DNA of 62,676 nucleotides, filler included, from Actinomycetota bacterium (GTDB lineage: Bacteria > Actinomycetota > Acidimicrobiia > IMCC26256 > VFJJ01), in the NCBI GenBank assembly GCA_009886115.1. It is 6 parts of 6 records of this genome, joined end to end, with 100 filler letters (N's around TTAATTAATTAA, not from the genome) between each part and the next. Parts side by side here need not be neighbours in the genome. Positions count along the whole stretch, not along the records: positions 6,617 to 21,685 come from VFJJ01000199.1; 5 more parts are not named here. One strand, 5' to 3'. How positions within the stretch are numbered: the first letter of the stretch is position 1; the number at the start of each line of letters is the position of its first letter. Made by a program: the position numbers and the translations under genes. Below are positions 8,406-18,980 of this stretch, in pieces. The notes beneath the pieces are model-generated. The model saw only the letters and a list, made by a program, of their open reading frames with translations. It was not told the DNA's origin and searched no databases.

Positions 8406-9512
8406 TCAGGCCGATGGGTCGAACAGGATCTTCGTGTTGGCGGCTCCGGCACCGGCACCCGCACCCGCACCGGCACCCATACCGGGTCCCGCACCGGGCG
8501 AGTCGGCCCCGGTCGATCCCCCTGCCGCCAGGGCCTCGAAGGCGTCTCGAAGCCGGTCGGGCCCGACGGTCGAGGTGTGCAGCGGCGCGGCCTGTACCCG
8601 ACCGTCGGCGATCATCGCCATGCACCACTCGAACTCGGGGCGCAGGTAGGCGACCGAGCCTCGGACCGTGACCTCCTTGGCCAGCCACAGCCCCGGGTGG
8701 ATGGTGGCCGGCAGGTCGGAGAGCCCGATGAGCATCACCTGCCCGCCCCGGCGGACCCGGTCGACGGCCTGCTGCACGGTGGCCGGCACGCCCGCGCACT
8801 CGATGACCACGTCGGCGCCCAGGCCCCCGGTGCGCTCGGACACCGTGTCGGCTGCAGCGTCGCCCGCAGGCGAGACCACGATGTCGGCGCCGAGCCGCGC
8901 GGCGAGCGCGGCGCGGTGCTGATCGGGCTCGACCACGATCACCGTCGCGGCACCCTGATGACGCGCCCACTGCAATGCAAGGGCACCGATCGGGCCGGCC
9001 CCCTGAACGACCACGGTGTCGCCCAAGCGGATGCCGGCGCGCCGCACGCCGTGGAAGGCCACGGTCGCCGGCTCGACCAGCGCCGCTTCCACATCGCTGA
9101 GCCCGGGATGGGCCCGCATGATCCGGTTGGCCGATACCCCGATGCGTGCTGCGTACCCGCCGTGCGCTGAGCCCCCGGGGTCGGCCATGAGCGAGGCGAA
9201 CATGGGCGAGCACCAGTCGGCCTGGCCGGCGCGGCAGGCCGCGCACTCGCCGCACGCCGGCGCCATGGCCACGACGACCCGATCACCCTCGGCGAGCGTG
9301 GTGACGGCGCCGCCGACCTTCGACACCACGCCCGTCCACTCGTGCCCGCACAACGTGGCCGGGTAGGGCCCGCCGTTCTTGTAGGCGTGCACGTCGGTTC
9401 CGCAGATGCCGCAGTACCGCACGTCGACGACCACACCCTCGGGCGATGGCTCGGGCTCGGGGAACGTGCGCCATTCGAGACTGCCCTGCCCGGTGACGAT
9501 CGCTGCCTGCAT
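8406..9512 (-). CDS. Zinc-binding MDR dehydrogenase
   Basis: CGICGTD, GHE, CGECAAC..C, GAGPIG. Confidence 0.9.
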   Translation of the reverse strand: MQAAIVTGQGSLEWRTFPEPEPSPEGVVVDVRYCGICGTDVHAYKNGGPYPATLCGHEWTGVVSKVGGAVTTLAEGDRVVVAMAPACGECAACRAGQADWCSPMFASLMADPGGSAHGGYAARIGVSANRIMRAHPGLSDVEAALVEPATVAFHGVRRAGIRLGDTVVVQGAGPIGALALQWARHQGAATVIVVEPDQHRAALAARLGADIVVSPAGDAAADTVSERTGGLGADVVIECAGVPATVQQAVDRVRRGGQVMLIGLSDLPATIHPGLWLAKEVTVRGSVAYLRPEFEWCMAMIADGRVQAAPLHTSTVGPDRLRDAFEALAAGGSTGADSPGAGPGMGAGAGAGAGAGAANTKILFDPSA

Positions 9513-9631
9513 GGTTTGAAGCATCGCACAGGCCCGCTCAGCGGGCGAGGCTCCGACCGGCGAGCGAGGCCGTCGAGCGGTCGACCCCTGGCTCAGATCC
9601 GCGGTCGATGGCGTGAGGGCTCGACCGCGCC

Positions 9632-10039
9632 TCAGTCTTGGATGGCCGACGTCGACCGGCCGCGCCGCATGCACTGGCTCAGCGTGCTCCCGAGCCAGGT
9701 GATGGTGGCGATCACTGCGCGCAGCGCCACGACGGCCGCGACGGCGAACAGCCAGGGGAAGGTGGTCTCGTCGTCCCGGCTCCGGAGAACCGCGTACAGG
9801 GTGCCGTATCCGAGCGGGACGGCGAGGAACGTGCCAACCCCGGCGAGGATCCAGGTCTTCTGTGCGGCGAGCGAGGCCAGGGTTCGGGGGCTGGCGCCGA
9901 TGGCGATCAGGGTGTCGCGTACGTCTCGTCCCTCGGCCGCCCACAGCGCCATGCCCAGCCCGATGATCAGCCCGATGATCAGCCCGGTGAGGAGCAGCCC
10001 GGTGAGGAGCAGCGCGCCGCCGATCGCACCGAGGCGCCC
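9632..10039 (-). pseudogene. C-terminal relic of an FtsX-like ABC permease
   Basis: GLGMALWAAEGRDVRDTLIAIGASPRTL...LAVPLG with TM helices; no N-terminal domains or start. Confidence 0.55.
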
Positions 10040-10165
10040 CCATGTGGTCCAGTGACCCGGGCTGAGACAGCACTCAGCGGATGCAGGATGCAGGATCCGG
10101 GATGTCATGCGCGAACGCGGCGCCGGTACGCTCGCAGCACCGTGACATCGGCGTCGGGGGGAACC

Positions 10166-11356
10166 ATGGATGCTCAGCGGCAGCGGCTCAAGTTCGGCAC
10201 CTTCATCGCGCCGTTCCACCATCTGCAGGGCAATCCCACGCTCCAGCTCCAGCGCGACCTCGACCTCGCCGTGCTCTGTGACCGACTGGGCTACGACGAG
10301 GTGTGGTTCGGCGAGCACCATTCGACGGGCATGGAGATCGTCGCCTCGCCCGAGCTGATGATCGCCGCGGCGGCAGGCACCACCAAGGCCATCCGCTTCG
10401 GGACGGGCGTGGTGTCGTTGCCGTATCACCATCCGCTCAACGTGGTCGACCGGGCGATCCAGCTCGACCACATGACGCGGGGCCGTCTGATCCTCGGGAC
10501 CGGTCCGGGCAAGATCCCGCTCGACGCTCGCATGATGGGCATCGATCCCATGCGCCAACGGGCGATGCAGGGTGAAGCGCTCGAGGTGATCCTCCCCTTG
10601 CTGCGCGGCGAGGTGGTGAGCGCCGAGACCAATTGGTTCACGCTCCACGACGCCCGAGCCCAGCTCCTGCCGTACTCGCCCGACGGCATCGAGGTGGCGA
10701 CGGCGTCGACCGTCTCGCCTTCGGGCTCGATCCTCGCCGGCCGTCACGGTCTCTCGCTCCTGTCGCTCGCGGCCGGCGACCCGGCGGGCTTCGATGCGCT
10801 CGATCGCAACTGGGGCGTCTACGAGCAGGCCGCGACCGAGCACGGCCAGGTGGCCGACCGGTCCCGTTGGCGTTGCGTGGCCCTCATGTTCCTGGCCGAG
10901 ACCCGAGAAGCGGCACGGGCCGCGATCGAGCGGCGCGCCCTGTTCGCCGTCGAGTACATGGAGAAGCAGGCGAACATCGAGTTCGCCTGGGGGCGGTCGC
11001 CCGGCGCCGCCATCGACCGCTGGACCAACGAGGGCTTCCCGTCGTTCGGCGTGGCGATCATCGGTACGCCCGTCGACGCCATCGCCGGCATCGAGCGGCT
11101 GCTCGACAAGACCGGCGGCTTCGGCACGTTTCTCAATCTCGACTTCGACTTCGGCAACTGGGACGCCACCCGTCGCAGCTACGAGCTGTTCGCCGAGGAG
11201 GTCGTCCCCCACTTCCGTGACAGCAACCGCAACCGCGTCGCCAGCATCGAGTACGCGCGCCAGCACAGCGGCGAGCTCCTCGGCGGTCTGCGGGCCGCGA
11301 TCACGCAGGTGACCCACGACCACTTCGGCGACGACCGCTCGATCTACATCCGGTAG
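10166..11356 (+). CDS. LLM-class flavin-dependent monooxygenase
   Basis: KFGTFIAPFH, GYDEVWFGEHHS, GTGVVSLPYHHP, LDHMTRGRLILGTGPG. Confidence 0.92.
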   Translation: MDAQRQRLKFGTFIAPFHHLQGNPTLQLQRDLDLAVLCDRLGYDEVWFGEHHSTGMEIVASPELMIAAAAGTTKAIRFGTGVVSLPYHHPLNVVDRAIQLDHMTRGRLILGTGPGKIPLDARMMGIDPMRQRAMQGEALEVILPLLRGEVVSAETNWFTLHDARAQLLPYSPDGIEVATASTVSPSGSILAGRHGLSLLSLAAGDPAGFDALDRNWGVYEQAATEHGQVADRSRWRCVALMFLAETREAARAAIERRALFAVEYMEKQANIEFAWGRSPGAAIDRWTNEGFPSFGVAIIGTPVDAIAGIERLLDKTGGFGTFLNLDFDFGNWDATRRSYELFAEEVVPHFRDSNRNRVASIEYARQHSGELLGGLRAAITQVTHDHFGDDRSIYIR

Positions 11357-11418
11357 CGCACGCGTCGTGCGGCCTCGACAGCGCCGCGGCCACAGCGGCG
11401 ATGCGGCCGCCGCGGCCG

Positions 11419-11624
<206 letters not shown>

Positions 11625-11625
<1 letters not shown>

Positions 11626-12248
11626 CACGATCCTCCGTGATCGAGCAAGGGCGGCAACGGATCGCCACCAGAGGGCGGAGGCCGCCGATCGGGCGGATCG
11701 CGCCTGACCTGAAAGAACTCCGGGCTGCGAGAGCGCCACCACAGCATCAGGGGAACACCGGCCGCGAGCAGCACGGCACCGATGACGAACACCGGGCTGA
11801 CACCGAACCATTCCTTGGGCGGATCGACATACGCGCCGTCGGTCATGTCGATCACCGACTGCACGAACACATACGTGAGGATCCCGGCGCCGAGGAACGG
11901 CAAGAGCCCGACGAAGATGAAGTTCTTCGCGCTCGTGAACAGGTGACGCCGGTAGTAGGCAACGCAGGCGTAACCGGTGAGGCCGAAGTAGAACGAGATC
12001 ATGAGTCCCACGCCGGCGATCGACCACCCCAACACGTCGCCGTCGGACAGCTCACTGATGACAACGAGGATCACGTACCAGGCCGAGGCCAAGGCGCCGA
12101 AGGCCCACGTGGCGTTGGCCGGGGTGAGATGTCCGGGGTGGATGTCGCCGAACCAGCGTGGGGCAGCCTTGTGCGCGGCCATCGACAGCGCCGAGCGGAC
12201 CGCGGGCAGGATCGTCGTCTGACACGACGCCGCGGCCGACGTGAGCAC
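11625..12248 (-). pseudogene. APC-family amino acid permease, 3' half only
   Basis: LTSAAASCQTTILPAVRSALSMAAH.A.PRWFG.IHP..LTP; GLMISFYFGLTGYACVAYYR; upstream half absent. Confidence 0.75.
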
Positions 12249-12520
12249 CGGGAGCCCACGTCGCTTGCCGGTTCCACGGCCTCGGTCGTCATTGCGGTCC
12301 CCCCGGGGGTGGCCCCACGTCGACTGCGGGCCACGGTTGCTCACCCGGTATCGGACGGCCACCGAGCGCGCTCTCACGGGTGCGTTCGCGCCGCTGCGAG
12401 CGGCGCCGCGGGTCTCCACAGCGGTCGTGACATCCGCCACCCGGGACCGGTTGGCGAGGGCGGTAGGGTCGCGCTGTGCCTCGACTCGGCCCCACCGAGA
12501 ACGCGTCGGTCGACTCCACC

Positions 12521-14155
12521 GTGACCGACCTCGACGATCTCCCCTTCCACGCCCGGTTCACGGCCGTGCTGCCCGGCGATCCCGAGCCGTCGAACCAGCG
12601 CCGCCAGGTGCACGGCGCCGCTTGGAGCCCGGTGCCGCCCACCCCGGTTGCCGGTCCCACGACGATCGCGTGGTCGCCCGAGGTTGCCGACCTCCTCGGC
12701 CTCGATCACCAACTCTGCCGCTCGGACGACTTCGCCCAGGTGTTCGCGGGAAACCGCTTACCCCGGGGCGCTGAGCCCTTCGCCGCCTGCTACGGCGGGC
12801 ACCAGTTCGGCAACTGGGCCGGCCAGCTCGGCGACGGTCGGGCCATCGCGCTGGGCGAGGTGACCGACCGCTTCGGCAATCCGCAGACCCTCCAGCTCAA
12901 GGGTGCGGGGCCCACACCGTACTCGCGAGGCGCCGACGGGCGGGCCGTCCTCCGGTCGTCGATTCGAGAGTTCCTCTGCAGCGAAGCCATGCACCACTTG
13001 GGAATTCCGACGACCCGGGCCTTGTCGCTCGTGCTCACGGGCGACGCCGTGGTGCGCGACATGCTCTACGACGGCCATCCCCGCCCCGAGCCGGGCGCCG
13101 TGGTGTGCCGGGTGGCGCCGTCGTTCACCCGCTTCGGGAACTTCCAGCTCCCCGCGGCCCGCGGCGATCTCGATCTGCTGCGGACGCTCGTGGAGTTCAC
13201 GATCAGCTCCGACTTCCCCCACCTGCTCGGCACCACCTCGGCGACGGTCGACGGCCCCGGCACACCGTCCGCCGACGGCCAACTCCCGGTCGGGGCCTGG
13301 TTCCGCGAGGTCTGCGAGCGGACAGCGACGATGGTGTTGGGCTGGATGCGCGTCGGCTTCGTCCATGGCGTGCTCAACACCGACAACATGTCGATCCTCG
13401 GCCTCACGATTGACTACGGCCCCTACGGATGGCTCGAGAGCTTCGATCCGGGCTGGACGCCGAACACGACCGACGCCGCCAACCGCCGGTATCGGTATGG
13501 CCATCAGCCGCAGATCGTGCACTGGAACCTGCTGCAGCTCGCCAATGCGCTGGTGCGTCTCACCGACGACCCCGCGGCGTTCGAGGCGGGACTCGACCAC
13601 TTCGTCGAGACGTACCAGCACGGCTTCCGGTCGATGATGGCCGAACGGCTCGGCTGGGGTGCGCCCCGAGACGACGACGAAGCGCTCGTCAGCAACCTGT
13701 TCGAGATCCTGGTGTCCACCGAGACCGACCAGGTGCTGTTCTTCCGTGACCTGGCGCGGGTGCCCGTCGATGCTCACGCTGCGATACCCGACGACGCGCT
13801 ACTCGCTCCATTGGCCGACGCCTGGTACCGGCCCGAGGAGCTCGTCGGCGACGTTCGAGCCGCAGTGGTGGCCTGGCTGCGGGCCTGGGCGGCCCGGGTC
13901 GTCGACGGCGGGCTGGGCGACGACGAACGGAGACGGCGGATGGACGCCGTCAACCCCCGGTTCGTGTTGCGCAACTACCTCGCCCAGGAAGCCATCGACC
14001 TGGCCGAGCGGGGCGACGGGTCACGGGTGATCGAGCTCCTCGACGTGCTGCGCCGTCCCTACGACGAACAGCCGGGGCGGGAGCAGTTCTCGACTCGGCG
14101 GCCGGAGTGGGCCCGCCAGCGGGTGGGCTGCTCGATGCTGTCGTGCAGCTCCTGA
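12521..14155 (+). CDS. selO: Protein adenylyltransferase SelO (YdiU)
   Basis: [65 protein letters not shown]-terminal CSMLSCSS. Confidence 0.96.
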   Translation: MTDLDDLPFHARFTAVLPGDPEPSNQRRQVHGAAWSPVPPTPVAGPTTIAWSPEVADLLGLDHQLCRSDDFAQVFAGNRLPRGAEPFAACYGGHQFGNWAGQLGDGRAIALGEVTDRFGNPQTLQLKGAGPTPYSRGADGRAVLRSSIREFLCSEAMHHLGIPTTRALSLVLTGDAVVRDMLYDGHPRPEPGAVVCRVAPSFTRFGNFQLPAARGDLDLLRTLVEFTISSDFPHLLGTTSATVDGPGTPSADGQLPVGAWFREVCERTATMVLGWMRVGFVHGVLNTDNMSILGLTIDYGPYGWLESFDPGWTPNTTDAANRRYRYGHQPQIVHWNLLQLANALVRLTDDPAAFEAGLDHFVETYQHGFRSMMAERLGWGAPRDDDEALVSNLFEILVSTETDQVLFFRDLARVPVDAHAAIPDDALLAPLADAWYRPEELVGDVRAAVVAWLRAWAARVVDGGLGDDERRRRMDAVNPRFVLRNYLAQEAIDLAERGDGSRVIELLDVLRRPYDEQPGREQFSTRRPEWARQRVGCSMLSCSS

Positions 14156-14204
14156 GCCCGGCCAGGTTCGATCGCGCCCAGGCCCGCCAACCCACGATCG
14201 TGTC

Positions 14205-14723
14205 TCAGGGCGTGCCGACCCAGAAGCGGCCGTCGTCGTAGAAGCCGAAGTCGGCGAGCTCGCCAGGGACGACCCAGGAGTCGGTCCCCAACGCCACCAA
14301 CACCTTCTGGTAGTTCCACTTCATCACGTCGAGCGTGATCTCGAGGATCTGTGCATCGCTGAAGTGTCGGTGCAACTCGGCGGCGAGGTCGGCGTCGAGC
14401 GCGCCGGGTTGGGTCATGAGTGCGTCGGCGAGTCGCAGTGCCACCCGTTGACGGTCGGTCAGGTCACCGGCTGCGCTGGAGTCGTAGCCGTCGATCTGGT
14501 CGGCCAGGGTCTCGTCGAGGCCCGCCTGCTTGGCAACTGCCAAGCGCAACGACATTCACGTCCGGCAATCGTGATGGCGGGCACAGCGCAGCCGCACCAG
14601 CTCGGTGGTGACCGGGTCGACGGTGTCGAGCCGAACGGCCGCGTTCTGCCACTCCCCCAGCGCCGTCCCCAGTGTGCGCTCGGGCCCTGCGGCATCGGTC
14701 GGGACGCGTCGGCTGCGATCCAT
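14205..14723 (-). CDS. CMD/AhpD-like protein with in-frame TGA (candidate CxxU selenoprotein, 172 aa)
   Basis: VDPVTTELVRLRCARHHDCRT-TGA(14558-14556)-MSLRLAVAKQAGLDE...RQRVALRLADAL is one frame; TGATG coupling to the upstream gene. Confidence 0.75.
14528..14545 (-). promoter_or_regulatory. Candidate bacterial SECIS hairpin
   Basis: mRNA: UGA + 10 nt + GCUUGGC-AGUU-GCCAAGC, a perfect 7-bp stem with GU in the apical loop. Confidence 0.6.
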
Positions 14724-15199
14724 CACGTGTTCCCTTCGACGGTGCCGGCGAAGACCCGCTCCCACACCAGGCGCAGGCGTTGACGTTGCTCGATCACCAA
14801 CAGCGCGTTGGTGAAGTCGACCAGCCCTTGCACGCCGAGCTCGTCGGACACCGCGGCGGCAACGTGGTCTTCGAGCGAGGCGACGTCGATCACGAACTGC
14901 TCGCAGAAGGCGAGGCACGCTCGTTCGCGGGGCCCGAAACGCGCCGACGTGGGCCACGACGAGAGCTCGCTGATCGTGGCCTCGCCGAGCCCGTCGGCCA
15001 TCGCCGCCGGGGTGCGGACGGCCGACTCGGCATCGCATCCCAGCAGCATCGCCACCCGCAGCCGGCAGAGTTCGAGCAGGACCGGATCGACGACCGTCCA
15101 CGCAGCGTCGTGCGCGGCGCCGAGGTGCACGGCGACATCGGGCTGATCGGCGAGGACCAGCGCGAAGACCTCGCTCGTCGGCCCGGTTCGGAGGCTCAT
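14723..15199 (-). CDS. CMD/AhpD-like protein lacking CxxC
   Basis: VDPVLLELCRLRVAMLLGC...SWPTSARFGPRERACLAFCEQFVID. Confidence 0.8.
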   Translation of the reverse strand: MSLRTGPTSEVFALVLADQPDVAVHLGAAHDAAWTVVDPVLLELCRLRVAMLLGCDAESAVRTPAAMADGLGEATISELSSWPTSARFGPRERACLAFCEQFVIDVASLEDHVAAAVSDELGVQGLVDFTNALLVIEQRQRLRLVWERVFAGTVEGNT

Positions 15200-15265
15200 G
15201 GGCGCGAGGTTGCCACTCGTTCGCTGGCGTGTCGAGGCGGGCTCGAGGGAGCAGACGGGCACGAG

Positions 15266-16093
15266 CTATCGAGCCGCGGGCCAGCCGGGGAGGAGCCCGT
15301 GCCGCTTGCACACCGCCTGGGCGTGCACCATCTGGCCGAGATGACGCTCGGCGCCGGCGTCGCTCGCCAACCACCCGATGACCGCGCCCGCGACCTCGGG
15401 CGGGTCGCCCGGGAAGTGCTTGGCGTACTCGCGACCAGCATCGAGCGCGATGCTCCGCTCCGTCACGGTGTAACCAGGCTCCAGCGTGAAGGCCCGAATG
15501 CCCCGGCCCCTGAATTCCACATCGATGACGATCGCCAGTTGATGGAAGGCTGCCTTCGCGGCGCAGTGCACCAGGCTCCACCCGCCCTCGCCGGCAGGCG
15601 CAGGAGGCGGGACGAGCGCCGAGCCCGAGCCCAGGTTGATGATCGTGCCGCTCCCTCGCTCCAGCATGCTCGGCAGAACGAGCTGTGACAGGTGGAGCTG
15701 GTTCACGTAGTCGGCCTCGACGACCCGGGTCGCGATCTCGCAGTCGATGTCGAGGAGCTTGGCTTCGACGCCCGGGCCCGAGTACGGAGCGTTGTTGACG
15801 AGCACATCGACACGGCCCCATTCGGCCATGGTCCGTTCGAACGCCGCCGTGATCGAAGCCCGGTCCATCACGTCCATGGCGATGGGCAACGCTCGTCGTC
15901 CGACCGCGGCGATCTCGGCTGCGGTGGTGTCGAGGCTGCCCGGAATCGTGATCCCACGTTCCATCGAGTCGCCCTCGTGCACCGTGCGGCCCGTCACCAC
16001 CACATCGAAACCCCGAGCCGCCAGGGCCAGCGCGCCGCAGCGCCCGATACCTCGACTCGAGCCCGTCACCAACGCGACTCGGCGGCTGTCCAT
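15266..16093 (-). CDS. SDR oxidoreductase
   Basis: TGSSRGIG, DVLVNNA; atypical H-xxx-K at the usual YxxxK position. Confidence 0.88.
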   Translation of the reverse strand: MDSRRVALVTGSSRGIGRCGALALAARGFDVVVTGRTVHEGDSMERGITIPGSLDTTAAEIAAVGRRALPIAMDVMDRASITAAFERTMAEWGRVDVLVNNAPYSGPGVEAKLLDIDCEIATRVVEADYVNQLHLSQLVLPSMLERGSGTIINLGSGSALVPPPAPAGEGGWSLVHCAAKAAFHQLAIVIDVEFRGRGIRAFTLEPGYTVTERSIALDAGREYAKHFPGDPPEVAGAVIGWLASDAGAERHLGQMVHAQAVCKRHGLLPGWPAAR

Positions 16094-16253
16094 CGTCGTC
16101 TCCTCGGACCCTGCGGGGGTGGCTGGTGGTCGCTGACCCTACCCCGCGTTGCCACCGGCCTCGCCGGCCCGCTCACCGCCCGGCTCACCGTCGAGCGGGC
16201 ACCGACCACAGCCCATGTGCGACGATCAGCGCCCCTCCCGGTGAGGAGCACCA

Positions 16254-16718
16254 ATGCACGACTGGGAGATCGACGCTCATCTCCAGATCCGCAATCTCGT
16301 TGCCGGGTACGCCCAGTGCGCCGACTCCGGACGCTTCGAGGCCCTCGTCGCCATGTTCACCGACGACGCCGTGCTCGATGTGCCGGGCCTGGCCACGCAC
16401 CACGGACGAGCAGCGATCGCCGCGATGTTCGAGCGGGCCAAGGAGCACCTGAGCGGAGCCGACCCCGCAGCCGGAGCCAGCGCGGCGATCAGGCACCACG
16501 TGTCGAGCCACCACATCGAGATCGAGAGCCCGCAGCGGGCCCGGAGCTCGTGTTACTACTCGGCCCACATGGTCGGCGGAGTCGACCACTGGGGCCGCTA
16601 CCGCGACACGTTCGTCGCACTCGACGGTCGCTGGCTGTTCTCGCATCGACGGATTCTTCGCGATGGAGCGATCCCGGGAGGCTGGGGCTCACGGGGCGAC
16701 GAGTGGGTCGGTCGATGA
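16254..16718 (+). CDS. SnoaL/NTF2-like protein
   Basis: IRNLVAGYAQCADSGR...MFTDDA...IRHHVS...WGRYRD...WLFSHR. Confidence 0.85.
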   Translation: MHDWEIDAHLQIRNLVAGYAQCADSGRFEALVAMFTDDAVLDVPGLATHHGRAAIAAMFERAKEHLSGADPAAGASAAIRHHVSSHHIEIESPQRARSSCYYSAHMVGGVDHWGRYRDTFVALDGRWLFSHRRILRDGAIPGGWGSRGDEWVGR

Positions 16719-17012
16719 GGTCGCTCGAGGAGCTCGCACTGTGGCCGTTGGTCGTGGCCCGGGCCGCCGCCACCCCTGACGCCATCCTCGCCATCGACGA
16801 GCGCGATCGCACCCTCACGTTCGCGGACCTGCGCGACCAGGCTGAACACGCCGCCCGCGGCCTGCAGACCCTGGGGGTGCGAGCCGGCACGATCGTGTCG
16901 TGGCAGCTGCCGACCCGCATCGAGTCTGTCGTGGCGGTGTGTGCCCTGGCCCGTCTCGGCGCTGTGCAGAACCCGCTGCTGCCGATCTACCGCGAGCGTG
17001 AGCTCACGTTCA

Positions 17013-18980
17013 CCCGGGTTCCGCAGTTGATGGGCACATGAGGGCATCTCGGTGCGCGATCATGCTGGTCAGCTGGTTGCGGGGGGTCTGAAAGGTCCGA
17101 TAGTGTGGGCACACGACTTTGGTGGTGGTGCTTGCATTTGTTGGGTGTTTCTGCGATTGTGTGGGCATGTATTTACGGTCGACGCAACGCAAGAACCGTG
17201 ACGGCACGGTCGTTCGTTACGTGCAGCTCGCGCACAACCGGCGTGTCGATGGCGTGACCCAGGCCGAGGTGTTGTTGAACCTCGGCCGCGAAGACCTTCT
17301 GGATCCGGATGGTCTGCGACGGCTGGTCCGTTCGATCAACCGTTACCTCGGCGAACCTGATGCCGGCGATGACGGTGTGGCTGTCGTTGATGGGCTGTCG
17401 ATCGTGTCGTCGCGCCCACTCGGTGTCGCCTGGCTGCTCGATGGCCTGTGGCGCCAGCTCGGTGTCGACACCGCGTTGGCACAGGTGTTGGGCGGCCGCA
17501 GGTACACGACCGATATCGAGCGGGTCCTGTTCGCGCTCGTCGCGAACCGGGCGATCGACCCGGTATCGAAGTTGGCAGCCGCGGAGTGGGCTTCCAACGA
17601 TGTCGCGATCACTGGCCTGGAATCGATGGATGAGGATCAGGCGTATCGGGCGATGGACCTGCTCGTCGCGGCCGACGCTCAGGCGCATGTCCAAGAAGCG
17701 GTCTTCTTCGCGGTCGCTGACTTGTTGAACCTCGAGGTCGACTTGTTGTTCTTCGACACCACCTCGACCTACTTCGAGACCGAGACCGCGGACGAGTTCC
17801 GGCGGTTCGGGAAGTCGAAGGACTCACGTCCGGATCTGCCGCAGATCGTGATCGGTCTCGCTGTCACGCGTGAGGGGATCCCGGTGCGGTGTTGGGTGTG
17901 GCCGGGCAACACCAACGACAACAGCATCTTGCCCGAGGTCAAAGACGGGCTGCGCGGTTGGCGGCTCGGCCGGGTGGTGACCGTCGTCGATCGCGGGTTC
18001 TCGAGCGACAAGAATCTGGACTACCTGCGTCGCTCAGGTGGGCATTGGATCGCCGGTGAGAAGATGCGCGACGGCTCACCCGACGCCCAGGCCGCCCTGT
18101 CTCGTCAGGGCCGCTACCAGAGCGTCCGCGACAACCTCAGGGTCAAAGAAGTCCGCCTCGACGACGACACGGGCAAACGGTGGATCGTGTGCCACAACCC
18201 GTTCGAAGCCGAACGCGACCAAGCCCAACGTGAAGCAGCGCTGGCCCGGATCGAGGCCGAACTCGAACGCATTCGCGTCGGTCGCGAACGCGACGCCAAG
18301 AAGAAGACCAAGAACGGTCACAAGGTCAATGACGAGTCGCATCGCCTCGCCGAGTGCGCGCTACGCGATCACGTCTCACTCGGCCGTTGGCTGCGCCAGA
18401 CCCCGTCGGGCCGGCTCGTGATCGACCGGGCCAAGGTCACCGCCGAAGAGAGGCTCGACGGGAAATATCTGCTCTCGACGTCGGACCCTGACCTCCCGGC
18501 GGAGGACGTCGCGCTCGGCTACAAGAACCTCCTCGAAGCCGAACGAGGGTTCCGTGACCTCAAGTCCACCCTCGATCTCCGGCCCGTCTACCACCGCATC
18601 GAACCACGCATCCGCTCCCACGTGCTGCTCTGCTGGCTCGCCCTGCTACTCATCCGCGTCGCTGAACGACGCACCGGAGACACCTGGCGGCGCATCGCGA
18701 TCGAGCTCGGCCGCGTCCACGCCGTCACCCTGACCAGCAGCGCCGGGACCGTCGTGCAGACCACCCCACTCACACCGGCCCAACAAGCCATTGTTGACGC
18801 CTGCGGCGTGACCGCACCACCCCGCGTCACCCACCTCCACACCGCCTGACCAGGCGCGACACGCTCAAACAGGGCAGCTCAACACGTGGACACACGCGGC
18901 CCGCGCCCCGAACAGCACGTCACCCCAGCTCACACCCCCGAAACCGCCACAACGTCTGCCCACCAACTGCGGAACCCGGG
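17013..18980 (+). mobile_element. IS1634-family insertion sequence (1968 bp)
   Basis: 24-bp terminal IRs CCCGGGTTCCGCAGTTG(A/G)TGGGCA with 1 mismatch; 5-bp TSD GTTCA at 17008-17012 and 18981-18985. Confidence 0.93.
17167..18849 (+). CDS. IS1634-family DDE transposase
   Basis: MYLRSTQRKNRDG, FFDTTSTYFE, GKSKDSRPDLPQ, VVDRGF, ERGFRDLK..LDLRPVYHR. Confidence 0.93.
   Translation: MYLRSTQRKNRDGTVVRYVQLAHNRRVDGVTQAEVLLNLGREDLLDPDGLRRLVRSINRYLGEPDAGDDGVAVVDGLSIVSSRPLGVAWLLDGLWRQLGVDTALAQVLGGRRYTTDIERVLFALVANRAIDPVSKLAAAEWASNDVAITGLESMDEDQAYRAMDLLVAADAQAHVQEAVFFAVADLLNLEVDLLFFDTTSTYFETETADEFRRFGKSKDSRPDLPQIVIGLAVTREGIPVRCWVWPGNTNDNSILPEVKDGLRGWRLGRVVTVVDRGFSSDKNLDYLRRSGGHWIAGEKMRDGSPDAQAALSRQGRYQSVRDNLRVKEVRLDDDTGKRWIVCHNPFEAERDQAQREAALARIEAELERIRVGRERDAKKKTKNGHKVNDESHRLAECALRDHVSLGRWLRQTPSGRLVIDRAKVTAEERLDGKYLLSTSDPDLPAEDVALGYKNLLEAERGFRDLKSTLDLRPVYHRIEPRIRSHVLLCWLALLLIRVAERRTGDTWRRIAIELGRVHAVTLTSSAGTVVQTTPLTPAQQAIVDACGVTAPPRVTHLHTA

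Noticed and set aside
14153..14155. SelO terminal TGA as selenocysteine
   Set aside because: Bacterial SelO ends at SCSS, the Cys is TGC, and no convincing hairpin follows
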